Assembly: GCA_964016885.1 (NCBI GenBank)
Contig: OZ024748.1
Location: 29,636,001 to 29,700,000, forward strand
Source of the DNA: Eledone cirrhosa
Taxonomy: Eukaryota
DNA: 64,000 nucleotides
Direction of reading: 5' to 3'
A program made the translations under genes and the position numbers. The notes under the pieces are model-generated. The model had not been told where the DNA came from. It saw only the letters and a program-made list of their open reading frames with translations, and ran no database searches. This document shows positions 63,799 to 64,000 of the stretch, piece after piece; the first letter of the stretch is position 1; every line of letters starts with the position of its first letter.

Positions 63799-64000
63799 TC
63801 TATATATAACATTCTTTGTCTCTGTCTGTCTGTCTGTCCTTAATGCATTCTCAAATGGCTCGACCAAATCAAATCAAATTTTACAAGGTAATAGTATTAG
63901 ACCCCAGCATTAACATGTAATTTTATTTTCATTTGGATTAAAACAATATAACATTTTATCTATAATAATCTTTCTATAGTCAACTATAATAAATGGACAT
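63799..64000 (+). mobile_element. 5' part of a Helitron-like element of the same family
   Basis: TC start, (GTCT)n, reverse-complement match to about 43900-44086. Confidence 0.7.

Noticed and set aside
62707-63843. Plus-strand ORFs of 94-133 aa
   Set aside because: Antisense shadows of the LINE RT frame

Overview
Animal genomic DNA, AT-rich and saturated with (TA)n, (CA)n and (CAT)n microsatellites and SINEs. The repeat families suggest an octopus or other coleoid cephalopod (inference). The one confidently identified gene is an LMBR1/LMBR1L-family (lilipod-like) multipass membrane protein on the + strand. Eleven GT-AG coding exons (16399-61105) splice in frame to 945 nt / 315 aa, and the gene continues past the window end. 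A possible divergent first exon on the - strand lies about 2.3 kb upstream, next to paired E-box/M-box motifs. Most of the rest is transposon-derived: an RTE-clade LINE family whose RT carries an inserted PHD-type zinc finger (including one young copy with an open frame), tRNA-derived SINEs that share the LINE 3' end, three Penelope-like elements with hammerhead-ribozyme motifs clustered in intron 6, a DD37D-type Tc1/mariner relic, a Tigger relic, a Gypsy-like gag nested in a LINE, Helitron-like elements, MITEs, minisatellites and several fold-back palindromes. The best leads are the PHD-in-RT LINE, the canonical and non-canonical hammerheads in the sense strand of the pre-mRNA, and a Glu codon at a Gly-conserved position that A-to-I editing could restore. 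All calls are by eye, with no database searches.
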